NCBI GenBank assembly: GCA_012295275.1
Contig: CM022669.1
Location: 2,232,001-2,296,000, forward strand
Source of the DNA: Chrysomallon squamiferum
Taxonomy: Eukaryota > Animalia > Mollusca
Reading direction: 5' to 3'
DNA: 64,000 bases
Of this stretch, positions 26,027-56,691 are shown piece by piece (position 1 is the first letter of the stretch; each line of letters begins with the position of its first letter). The notes beneath the pieces were generated by a model. That model was not told the DNA's origin and made no database searches. It worked only from the letters and a program-made list of their open reading frames with translations. The position numbers were made by a program, and so were the translations under genes.

Positions 26027-26411
26027 AATAGTTAGCTGAAATTGTCTTCTGTCAATATGTTCTCTCAAGAAATATTTATGAAATTTATTTTTTATTTTCT
26101 ATTTCGATAAATGGAGTATTTGAGAAAGGAAAAAAATGAAAACAGTTGGAAATTTCTGAAAGGGTAAACAGGATTATAATAAATATATATACATATATAT
26201 ATACATATATATTTTAATTTTTAAGAATCAAACAATTCTCAAAATTAAATTTTATAAGCATTGTAAACTGAAACATGATTGTCTCAACCAAATTTAGTTG
26301 TTTTTTTCTTCAACACATTAACTTTTGTTTAAATTTCCTTACATAAATATTATAAAATACATTTATGTTGGTTACTTATTTAACTGGCTATAAACATGCT
26401 CAAACCATGCC

Positions 26412-26443
<32 letters not shown>

Positions 26444-29400
26444 AGAAGAAATGTCAGCATATCTCAAAACTTTTAGTTGGAAAAATTCATCACTTTTGAA
26501 TATGACGCTGACAGGAGACATTTAGAATTTCTTCTGCACTGACAACCCAATTTAAATTAACCTGCAAAAAACTTGATCAACATTTTGATAAATGATTAAA
26601 GATGTCCCAGCCCACCCATGCCAGTTTGAATATTAACTTCATCTTCTTCTACTTTTTTAGTTTATTTTTCAAAACAAAACTTTATTTCTGACTTTGGCTG
26701 AACCTATATTCTTTTGAATTATCAAGTATCAAAGAGTAAAATCACACGTTTTTCTTGGATACAACACTGTTTGTTTTGAGATGTTTCATTGTATTTGTTT
26801 CCCTTTTAATGAAACTTCTATGTAAACTTTAATGTCTAAATAAAAAATATATTTCTTGTTTGCTAATAAGTAGAAATAAACAGGTTACTTTTAATCTAAT
26901 AAATCTTGATTTATAGTCTGTGCACCTACTGACTTTTCTGACACAATATTAAATAAAGGTACAGAGAATCAAATTTTCATTTGTTACGAGTAGAGTATTG
27001 ACCCTAAATCAATAAAAGCAAACATAAAAGATTTAATCACAATATATTTCAAGAATATAAATTGCTCCCAAGAAGGCTGTACTTGCTGTTGTAATTTTTA
27101 AACAGAGAAAGTTACATACCAAATAACTGACTGTTAAAATGCAACCAAACTGTTATACAAATGCTATGTAGTAATGCATGCTGTGAAGGTAATAAGTAAG
27201 AATATACTGATTTTTCTCAGCCATCTTTTAATTAAAAAGCCAGAATATTTATTCTATTTGAAAAAAAAATTAAATAAAAATTTAAAACATTAAAACAGCT
27301 GAAAACAAAGGCAACATATGTAACTAAAATAGGAAAGGGAATTTGTTATAAATTTCTAAGAATATCATCTCATCAGCATAAAAGTACTTTTTATTAAGTC
27401 TCATTATAATACTTCAGTTAACTAAAAATGTTCAAGACCATCAATTGACATCCCATTATAAGATATTCATAATTTAAAATGTGAAACATGCTTCTAAGTA
27501 AGTCTTAACATTTCAAATCTTTGTTGCTGAATATTTTAGTTCAAAATATTCTGACAAAGTTTCAAAGTGTCACTTTTACCTTCCTGCTCAGATTATCAGT
27601 GGTATATGATCCATAAACACACAGGTGTGATGTATGGGAAATAAATTGCAATTAGAATCTATGTTTTAGCACTGTGTATTGCATATCTAGAAGCTTAACT
27701 TGTTTAAAGCAGCTTTGCATTAAAACATATGCCATGAATATGTAACCAGCAAATTAATCTACTTACTAACAGCACAAATCTTTCATATAGCCAGCTTACT
27801 TTCAATTAAAGATCATAGTTAACACACTGAAATATTATTCAATGATTGCAGACATATATTACACCTTGTCAGCATATGTTTGTATGCTTCATTTATTAAC
27901 CAAAACCTTTGGCTATTTTAGCTGTCAGACATAATTAAAGCTAAATGCTAAACAGCTTAGATCAAACACTGTCTAACCCATAGTATATTGTTTTTAAGAT
28001 ATCTTGATTTTATTTCAGTATACATTAAAAATAAAACACAATTAACATTTATGAAATTGTTCTGGCTACAGTTCAATGTGATTAACATGGGTTAGAATAT
28101 TTGAAGACTGATGATCTTATCAATATTTATCATTATATTCTGGTTCATAATCCTGCATATTTCATAATAAATCAGCAAAGTTTTTATCTGACTTTAAAAA
28201 TCTCTACTGTTCAACAATTACTAATATGTTCTTATTTTAAAATACAGATACAAATTTTTTGAATGTTAATATGGATTTAGTAAATCCAGTGCATTTGCCA
28301 AACTTAATGCCTAATATTTTGTTTTCATAGCTTATTTGACATATTTCATCAAGGAGGTCACATCAGTAAAATTCTGGATGAACTTAAAGGTGTTTGATTA
28401 AGATAAAAAACGTGCTCCCAAATCTATCTCAAGGTAGCCATTTCGTGAGTAAAGAAAACAAACACAACTATTCAATTAGTCCCATGGATATATTTATACA
28501 AAACTGAAACAGATTACTTTGAATCAAAGTCTGCGTATCAGATTCCAGTCTTTTAGCTATTCTCTGCTGTACTTTCTCTAAAGATAAAATGAAAGTAACA
28601 TCCCAAAACATCATTAATATATTTTCTGAGTAGTACAACAAATTTCACAAAGATAATTATTATATCATGAATTTGAGTCATGTTAGGACATGCACTTTAT
28701 TATCCAATTTGTTCAAAAAAGGTGACAAAAAACACCAAACCTTTTATGGATAAATTAAAAAAAAAAATTATTAGATAAAGCTTACGAAAAATGATGTAAA
28801 AACCCCATTTGTTTCAATTCTTTATATAATATCTTTTTGCAGGTTATTGTATTTCCCATACATTCAAAATATTTTCTGTAATTTTATAGAATAAATATTT
28901 TATTTTTTTATTTTATTGTCATCATTATTATTACTATTATTATTATTATTGTTATTATTATTATTAGTTTAATAACCAAACATTTTTGTTTTATCTTTCT
29001 GCTGCCTAATTACATTAGTAACTGGATTATTATAACAATTTATTTGTGTTTGATTAAAACAGTTCATTTTGAAAGAAGTGTATAAAACTATTTAGCATCT
29101 GAAACATCAAGGATTCATTTCCAAGCAATCAATAAAATAGAAATCAAACATTTATGTAATATTACATTATAATCCAAAATTAAAGTCACCTTTATTTTTC
29201 TACTTACTTTTATATTCACTGTTTTATACTGTTGTTTATAAATATTATTATTTTTGTTATCTTTATTAATTTGCATGTGTTTACATTAGTAGTTTCAATG
29301 ATTCGTGAATTATTTGAAAATATGGTATAAAAATATTTTCATCTTTAGATATTTATATCTTTTTAATTTTACTGATAAGGGACGGTCATCTGGATAAGCG

Positions 29401-30486
29401 GAAATTAGTTTCATCCCGATTTTGGGATTGTAATGTTAAAAGATCAAATTCGATAAAGCTGTAAACGGTTTATCAGGAAATAGATGAATTTCAAATTCAA
29501 CTTTTGTTTTTAAATTAAAGCATCATGATCATGCAACCAATTTTATTTATGTATTTATTTATTTATTTTTAAATACTCAACATTAATTTTATTGGTTTAA
29601 CTTTTGAGTATTATTTTACAGCCTGGGACCTTTGCTAAATTTTGCGTATTTGAAACGTATGTAATCATCATTACGGCCAGATGCCTTGGTCGGTGTCATA
29701 GAAATTTGAACTACACCCAAACTTAAACTATGATTCACAAATCTGGTATACATTATGATTATGATTATAATTGATAGTTATAGCATTTCTAAAACCATAT
29801 GAAGTTATCGCCATGTAAGCATTCAGAAATATGCGAATCCAAAAAGAAAAAAAAGGAAAAAAAACCCTACCGTATGCAGATGATTTGTCATAGTAGGTCA
29901 TTTTAAAAAGCAAACTGATCGACTGCAGTGAGAAATACCGGAAATGCAAGTCACTAATAACGCTATATTTTATGTTCGGCTGTTTACGGCTACATTGATC
30001 TCTTTTCAACCGAACTTTTCCGGTTGCCATTTACATGGTCTCAAAGCACAGTTAAATTTTGCCTCACACAATCATTTCAACAACGTGTATTGGTTAGAAT
30101 AGAATAAAAGTATCCATTTTGGGAAATCACCTGTTATCAGAGATGTAGATAAAAGGAATAATTTAAGAAAATCCATGCATGATTAGCAGTGTCTGCATTT
30201 TAAAGAACAAACCTTGAAATAAAGCATAAAATAATCCAATATATGTTTTTTTCTTCGTTCTGGAAATAATATTAAAAGATCACATTATATATTCTAAATA
30301 ATTCTTTAAAAACAATTGCAACAATCTATAACATAAAAAAATGTAATAATTAAATAATTTGAATAATAAGTAATTAAGTAAAATAATAATAATAATAATA
30401 ATAATAATAGTAATAGTAATAGTAGTAGTAGTAGTAGTTTTACAAAAACAAGAACAGAAATATTTGTATCACTGAAAATAATCTAG

Positions 30487-30771
30487 CCAGAGTTGGTTCT
30501 TGTCTGTGGGAAACCTAGGCATCCACAGAACCGAGGGTCTGCTGAAAGAGAAAACTGTGACATGAAAGATGTGCTTGTTTGTTGGTTAGGCGATAAGAAT
30601 GCAAATGAAAGGACTGTTGAACTCAAATTTGTTCAGTTTCAGAATTCCAGACTTTACAGTAAAATTAAGTGTTCCCTATTTGTGGAACTTCAGGGGTCTG
30701 GTGCTTGCACTGGCCAGTCATCATCTAGCCTCCTGGAATTTTCCATAATGCAGAGGATGATATACTTGTAG
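30487..30771 (+). mobile_element. Decayed integrase-core fragment of KRBA2/SCAND3 (Ginger/Gypsy-integrase-like) type
   Basis: LVCGKPRHPQNRGSAERENCDMKDVLVCWLGD...LKFVQFQ..RLYSKIKCS resembles the conserved VHGKPRHPQSQGSVERAN.DI..ML..W...GL.FVQF.KN...HSGIK.SPY segment. No upstream DD residues or termini visible. Confidence 0.7.
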
Positions 30772-31281
30772 AATCTGCACTGCCATCTTCCTAAATGAAT
30801 CATATATTACACATACTTTCTGAAATTTCCAGGAATTATACATATTTCCTTAACGTGTATGTGAGATAAGAGAAAGTGTTATAAATTTTTATTTTCAGCA
30901 TTCTGTTTGTTATCAATAATTTATTGAACTGTTGCGACATAAATTACTATTACTACTTCTAATAATAACTGATGGATTAAAATTGTGTATGTGTGTCTCC
31001 ATCTATTTTAAGAAAGTAGTACTAAAAATAAAAAACAAACACAGTAACTATTGAAAATAGTATATTTAAAGATTAGCAATTCACATATTGTGTAGATGTG
31101 TGTAAGAGAATTTACCAGTATGTAACACAGCAGCTGGTAAATAACAATATTCATAAGAGAATAATAATTTTATATTAAGACAAAAGTTTGTAAAATATTC
31201 ATCATAGATAAAAATATATTTGACAACTGATAAATATTTATATATATAAATTGATATATAATATGTAAATCATAAATAAAA

Positions 31282-31503
31282 TAACTGTCCATTAACAGTA
31301 AATCATTGTCCATATAAATAATATTATATTGATGTAGGTTTCACCCTTCTACCATTAAAAAAAGTTTTCTTAAAAAAATTTGCTGTAAAAAATTTTTTAA
31401 CTGTCCATTAACAGTAAATCATTGTCCATATAAATAATATTATATTGATGTAGGTTTCACCCTTCTACCATAAAAAAAGTTTTCTTAAAAAAATTTGCTG
31501 TAA
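31282..31503. repeat. Near-perfect tandem duplication, period ~116 bp
   Basis: TAACTGTCCATTAACAGTAAATCATTGTCC...AAAAAAATTTGCTGTAA starts at 31282 and again at 31398. Confidence 0.9.
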
Positions 31504-34500
31504 TTAATTAATTTATTCTTGTTGTTATTTCTGTTTCCTTTTAATGGGTATGTTGCTTTTGTTGTTCTTAAATACGCAAAAGTTGATTAACCAATAAAAA
31601 AACATCTTAAATTTGAGGAGGAATAAAATGTATTTCCGCATATCTGAAATAAAAAGTTTATTTAAAAAAAATAAAAAAATAAAAAACCAAACAAAAAACC
31701 AACAAATCTTTTATGTTAAGAAGATAAGATGTAATGTCGAAATTTCAATTTATAATAATTATTTTATATATTAGTTTGGTTTAAATGAAACTTCTTGGAA
31801 AACATTAAACATTTTTGGATTATTTAAAATTAAGATTTTAAATTATACAAAACAATGAAAAGAATTGGTATCTTGAAATAATATTATGTATGTATGTTTA
31901 TGTATTATAAATTGTGTACAATCAGGTATAAGTATATGTAATCAAAGGCAGAAAGATAGAAAGCAAGATCTAAATAGACACAGATAATATGGAATGTTGC
32001 CAGTATATAGGTCAATTAGGTACATGTCTGTATGACAGCAATATACTACTTCTAAATAACATTTATATGTTAAAATATTACCTTAATTTCAACATAGTGT
32101 ATGTAAACATATGAAATTCAAAATATACAAATGAAAGCACACAAGTTACAAATGAAATCAATTTACAAACATCCATTTGTAAACATATGTGATAAAAAGA
32201 GAAAAAATATCCATTATAAGAAAACATCAATTATATATACTAGTAAGAAAAATCAAAATACTATAACACACACACATTATTCTATTTTTATTTTATGTAT
32301 ACAGTATGTTAAACACCCTTCCAGCCTATTATCATAATAAAATATAAAAATAAAATCAGATAATAAACTTCAGTAAATAATGCACAGTGTGAAAATATAA
32401 ACAGATTAAGTACACTTGATAAATATATTTTCTAACAGAGAATAACTTTAAAGAAATAAAAATGTTTCATAATATCACTAACAAAGCTGTTTAAGGGATC
32501 TCTTTAGTTTCTAGACAAGCCATATACCATTCTGACATCTGATCTCTTCATTTTGCCACCACATTCATCTAATAAAGAATTCTAATAATGTTTGTATGAT
32601 ATTTCTTGTCAATTTAAAATATATATATAAAATATATATAATTTTTAATTAATTATATCAGGTTGCAGTAGTTGTTTTTATGGAATTTATTAAAACAGTG
32701 GTAATATAAATACATGTAAATGTGGTTTTCTTTATTGTATTTTGCTCTACAAGTTTAATTAAAAAAGATTGTTATTGAGTACTATTCTTTTTACAGTTAT
32801 TTATCTGTTTTTAAATTTGCCTTAAAAAAATTAATTTACGATTTATATATTTTTGTTCTTATATTTATGTTCTTAAATCACACTGTGTAACAAATCTCTT
32901 TGGTGTTCATTTCTTAACTTCATGGACAGCAAAATACAAAGACATCAACATGAATTAAACAACAAAGTGAAAATGTTAAAAAAAAAAATAAAAAAAAAGA
33001 ATCTTTGAAAGATACAACTAAAGTTTATTATATTTTTTACGAGTCTGATGCTCAGGTCAGTGGAGGGTGGTCTCCCTGCAACATTTTTGTTTGTTCTGTA
33101 TTCTAATATGGATCTCTGATTACAAGACTAAAAGAACATTTATCAAAATCCTTAAATCCAACAACAATTATTTTATTTTAAGACTGTAAATACCAGATCT
33201 AAAATTGAAGGGTGCTGCCCTTTAATAAGAACCCTGCCGTGTTACAGCATTAAGAAGCAAAATTAGATGCCAACAGAGCTGGACATTTTCAAAAATGATC
33301 CATGCTATTGAAGAAAATAAATAATTTTATCACTATTTTATAAAGTAAGGGTTATATAATGAATTAAACTGTTTAAATAAAAAAATACTGATATTTGTTT
33401 TCCAAATTTGATTATAACTAAAAATATGTATTTCAAAAAGTTAAAAAGAAAAATATAATATGAAACAGAAAAATGCAACATATTTTTTAAAAAGCAGTAA
33501 CAGTTTTAAAAGAAATTAAGTACTTAAAGAATAGTATGTGTATGTAGTATACTGTCTATATACATGTATGTATGTGTGTGTGTGCATGTGTGTGTTTAGG
33601 TATGTATACGTATAACTATTATTACCTGTTAAGATACATTATTCAAACATTCCTCATCATGAGTGAATTCAAAGGGGACACCAAGTGTCTCAGTTTCTTA
33701 CTTTTCCCATGGGCAATCATTTATAATGGAGTTTTATAGTATATAAGTAAAAATATGTACAGGAAGCAACATTCTGCTATCACATGAAACATATATATTT
33801 ATTAAGAACAAAATATTCAATATTGTCTATTTCTTGATGTTTGGGTGTCAATACTTGATAACTAGGATAATTTGGGCTTTTGGGATTTATTGTTCATCCC
33901 TTGGAAATCTACTTGATCTGCCCTTGCTCTCATCTCTCAAGCTAAATCCCTTTTTTGTTTTTTTGTTCACAACAAAGACCAGAACAATGGAATTATGAAA
34001 ATATTAAAGAATGTTGATCATGAGTTTACTTTTTGATTGATATGTAAATAGCCAGATGATTTAACATTTAGAATTCTGCAATCCAGATAGTTATTAACAG
34101 TTTCTAAGATTTTAATTTTAATAACAATCACTTAAGAAATAATAACCATTATAACTTCACAATCAACAAAAATAATTTGAGAAATAATTCTAATGCTTTC
34201 AATTTTAAAAATGCACTGTCTATATTCACTAATTCAATCAAAAATTTTAAACACGATTACCAACTTCTAAATATTTCATATTTTGAAAAGTATATATATT
34301 TACTATTCTAATTACTAAAAAAAAAATTATTATCTATTGATTTCGTAATTGAAAAGAACTGTTTTTTTTTTAAACTGGCATTTTTCTTTTTAAGACAAGT
34401 GTTTCCCCAACATCTTAAAAAAATCTGAGACAGATACCAAACATTTAAATTTATAAAAAAAAGAATGTTATTTCATTAAAAATAACAAAAAACCCCTGCA

Positions 34501-34781
34501 ATGTTTTAATTGTTTAGTTTATAACATTACAACATGCTTGTTATGGACACACTGATTCTAGTGTTTATCTATTAAACTATCAAAATTTAACTAATTAACA
34601 TTCCTACTTAATGTATTCAGATCAAGCAAAATATAATTTAAGAATGATAACAATAATTTCTTAGTTTATAAATTGTTTTTTGTTTTTTTCCTTTTTTCCT
34701 TTCTTTCTTTCTTTAACTGACAGTTTCTTAGAAAGAACAATTATTTGAAATTTGCTATCCTCATTAAAAAAAGGAAAATCA

Positions 34782-52509
<17,728 letters not shown>

Positions 52510-52837
52510 AATATGATAATGATGAAGTTTCACAACTATATATATATATATAGTTTTTTTATAAACGAAGCTGTTTGTTTAGAAAATACGAGCGATACAT
52601 TTGGACAGCACTACAATCTGACACTAATTTTTTTTTTTTATTATTATTATTTTTTTTGTTTAAGTTTTTAAAACACACATTAAACTTCGAACACTGTCCT
52701 ACATGCGGAAGTATAAATCATTTTCCGTTCTTGCGCTAACATATCCGATTACTGTTCGGAAGCATTCGGGCAGTAGTTGGTAAATAGTCCGACATATTCC
52801 GAACGGATTCAAATGAATCGCGTACATTATTTGTGTA

Positions 52838-52868
<31 letters not shown>

Positions 52869-54899
52869 CTCTCATTAGCAATTAATGTATATATTAATTA
52901 GTCGGTGAGAAACAACATCATATAATTACACATCTAATCAATCAAATAAACATGTCAACATATAAATATTTAATTTCCGTACGAGATCACGGTTTGCTTA
53001 TTATTCGTGATTGGTCAATTTTATTTTTATTTTTGATTGTCGACTTGTTTTACTTGCATTATATCTGCAGAGAATCGCAATTCAGTATAGACTGATAGAC
53101 GAACATAAATATGATTATAAATATTATGTTAATAATAAAACGAAGTCTAGATTGATTTGTACAAGTTTAATGAATAAAATATGAAATTTTATGTAATGTT
53201 TTAACAGAAGAAACTGCTAAGAATGTACTGTACAATATAAATAGAATATATATTCTGTGGAAATGGTATAAACATGCAACAGCTTGTTATTCTTAATTTT
53301 CCTACATTTATATATATATTTAAAAATAAATTTAAGAGATTCACATTATTATTATTTAATAATCTCTTTTCACTACCATAGGCATTCCTTCTTTTAACAA
53401 GTGAAATGTGTGATTTCATGGTACAAAACAATTTACTAAGCATTCTTCTTAGGAATTAAATATTTCTGGTCTTGTTCATTTCTATATTACTGTTAAAAAT
53501 TGTTGTTAAAATGATTTGTGCCACTATCAGAAAATACAAGTATAATTTCAAAGGCTAAACATCAAAAAGTAAAACCAAAGTATAAAAATTTATTGTAACT
53601 TTTTTTGCTATTACTGAAACATAAAATAAATGTAACGTTCAATGATTAGGCTGTGTTCCTATAACAGATAGTTTTCACAAAATGAACATGACAGAATACC
53701 CCAAACTTACACTTTTACACTTCTCACAATACTGAATTATTTTTTGTTTAATGGCTTCAACACTCATTAATTATTAAACATGCTAATGGTGTTTTGTATA
53801 ATGCTAATGCAACTTACTGTTAATTAACCTGATTTGAATAAATTCTGTAAAGCTGCCATAGAATATTTCAATCACTGTATTTGCATAATCTTGCTAAGCT
53901 GTATAATAATTGCTGCCTGTTAAACACCATGATGGTAATAAAATCTTTGAAAAAAATGTTGTTAATCATATCTGATCTGAGGTATGTACATCTATGCATA
54001 GTTTATAACTATCAAATGATAGTTTGTTTTATTTTCTATTTAATTTTAACTGGATAAATAAAACGTACATTTTACCGTCACAATATCCAAATGAATGAAA
54101 AATCAATCAAATAAAAAAATTAAATATTTCATATTAAAACTTCAAAAATGAATTAAAAGTCAACCCCAAAATATAAATGCTTATAAAAATTCCCTGAGTT
54201 TTCTCATAATCAAACACTAGACTGATGGGCATCATATTAATTTTTCAATACAGTGTTTAGCTGTCACCAATGATTTATGCACACTTTTGCCCAAGTCCCA
54301 ATTTATTTTTCAACAGATATATCCCTTAGACCATCAGACACCTGCTGAACAGACAGCATTTTTAAAATTATTATTCCACTGCTAAAGTGGATTTGTTTTC
54401 TGAAAAATAATTTTATTTTGCTGCTGCTTTATATATTTTTTGAAGATGTCATTGCCCATTTCCTGCACTGCACACTGCATGCAGTGAGTGTTGTCTGAGA
54501 ACTGCAATAGCCAAATGCTAGCCCACCAAACTATGTGAGTTCAAACTATTTGGTACATAATTTTGATAATTAAACATTCAGCATAATTATATATACATTT
54601 ATGTTTTATAAACACTATATCCTAGCAGACTAGTGACATAAAAAAGACGGAGCTCTATTTGGGTTTCAAATGCAATATATTTGCAATTGTATTTTAGGAG
54701 AAAGCTGTGATGCTTGCTATAGCAAAGCCTGGCAACAATGATTTATGTTTGTTGTGGACACTGGTGTGATGGAAGTGAACAAAAATTATTAAAATGTTAA
54801 AACAAAATTGTAATTTTTTATGACATTGGCAAAATAGGGACACTTTTGCTCAGCCCCAAAGGTTTCTGTACAAGACAGATACCACTTTATTTATTATTA

Positions 54900-55776
54900 C
54901 CGTATATACTTGTGTACAAGGCGACCTTATGTATAAGTCGATGTGTATTTTAAGACCAAAAATTGCGTCATTTTAGGTATTACTTGTGTATAAGTCGACT
55001 GTAGATTCCAGGCACCGTCACTATTTTTAGACCAGTGTGACAGTGCCATGAAGGCCTACATTGTATGCCTGCTGTAACATAACTTGCACGAGCTGTAACT
55101 TGCACGTGCAATTCAAAGTAAGATAATTTTGGAACCTCAGCAATATTTTTTTCTATCGAAACTCTGCTACAAGACACGCCCCCGATCCTATTCCTAGTGC
55201 GCTAATTGGCCGAGGCTTCGCGCACTTGGCAACCGACTAGAATAACAAATATGGCGAGAAGTTGAACTGATTTTTGTTGCAGAACGTTTATAGAAATTTA
55301 GTTTGTTTTCGATTTGTCGGTAGTGGATATTAATGACGACTGCAATATTATTTCACCAAATTCTTTACAATTACACAAGTGAGTTTTGTTTATGAAATTA
55401 GGACCGATATTTAGTGCAATTTGGCAGAGAAGTCTGCATTCCTAGATCATTGCAAGACGCCGTAAGGCATAACGCCGTACTGATGGTTTTCTCGCTTTAA
55501 AATGTATTTTTATGTCATTAAACGAAAGAATATCATGTTTTACATTCATATTTGGTTTTTTTATTTAATTTTTCAAATTTTGTTTATACGATAAAATTAT
55601 ATTTTTGAAAAGCTGAAAGACCACGATTATTTTAGATGCATCCCGTAGCAAAAAATGGTCAAAATGGCGACTCTTCAGCAACAGCTACAAAAGCATTACC
55701 TATGTATAAGTCGATCCCCAAAATATTACCTTAATATAGTCTCCCAAAAATTCGACTTATACACAAGTATATACAG
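54900..55776. mobile_element. Pogo/Tc2-like non-autonomous MITE, copy 1 (877 bp, complete)
   Basis: TA|CCGTATATACTTGTGTACAAGGCGA ... TCGACTTATACACAAGTATATACAG|TA: TA TSD and ~25-bp TIRs; subterminal repeats of TGTATAAGTCGA; no transposase ORF. Confidence 0.9.
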
Positions 55777-56691
55777 TATTTACTAAAGAGAAAGCTGTGC
55801 AAAAATATTACAAACTAAATTTCATTGAAGCATTTAATTAAACCAAATGGAAAATTCTGTTCTAGTTCTATCCTATACTTGCTATTTACCTTTGGCTCAG
55901 GAGCAGGATATCTACTCATCTAGATTACATGTATAAAACACAAAATGATGCCCCTTGCTACTTTCTCAACTGGCTGTATAGACCAAACAGCTCCCTCTTA
56001 GATTAACAATAGGAGACTTCTCAGAAATAAGAACTAATAATCTGATAGATTACAGTTAGAATATTTTGTGCATTATAGTACTAGCCATCCAGTGAAACTA
56101 ACTTATGAGAATCTTTAAAATGGTAAAATGTTAATATTTACATGGCATAAAAAAAATATTTAGCCATATATCAACATGCAAACATGAAATAATAAAAAAA
56201 TTGAGAATTACATGCACCTATAACATGACATATAATTTTTTTATATTTTTGTAGTAGGATAGGTCAGTATAAATTGCTGTAATGTATGATAATTTGAATT
56301 ATTAAAGGTAATTAATATTGTTATATTTTGTGATGAATATATTTCAAAAGATCAATATGAACTTTGATGACATCAATTCACTCAACATTTCACATGACCC
56401 CCCCTACCCAAACTATTTTAATCCCCTATAATAACGTAGACTTGAAATGCTACTACATAAGTTTAAAAAACGTACCATTACAGGTATTCTTTAAAAACAA
56501 ATTAAAATGTTTGGTTTGGTTTGGAAGGATTACAAAAGCTTTTTGCTGTAAATGTAAAGAGGTAACCAAGCACATTAGCACTATAGTAAAACTCAATAAG
56601 TTTTATTAATGTATGTTTTCTTTCTGAATGAATGTCGTTATTATATTACTATTCATGCTGAGAAGAAGCAAGTCCGGTTTCTTTCACTACA

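Noticed and set aside
54835-54890. Possible degenerate terminus of an older Tigger/pogo element next to MITE copy 1
   Set aside because: No partner TIR could be identified with confidence.
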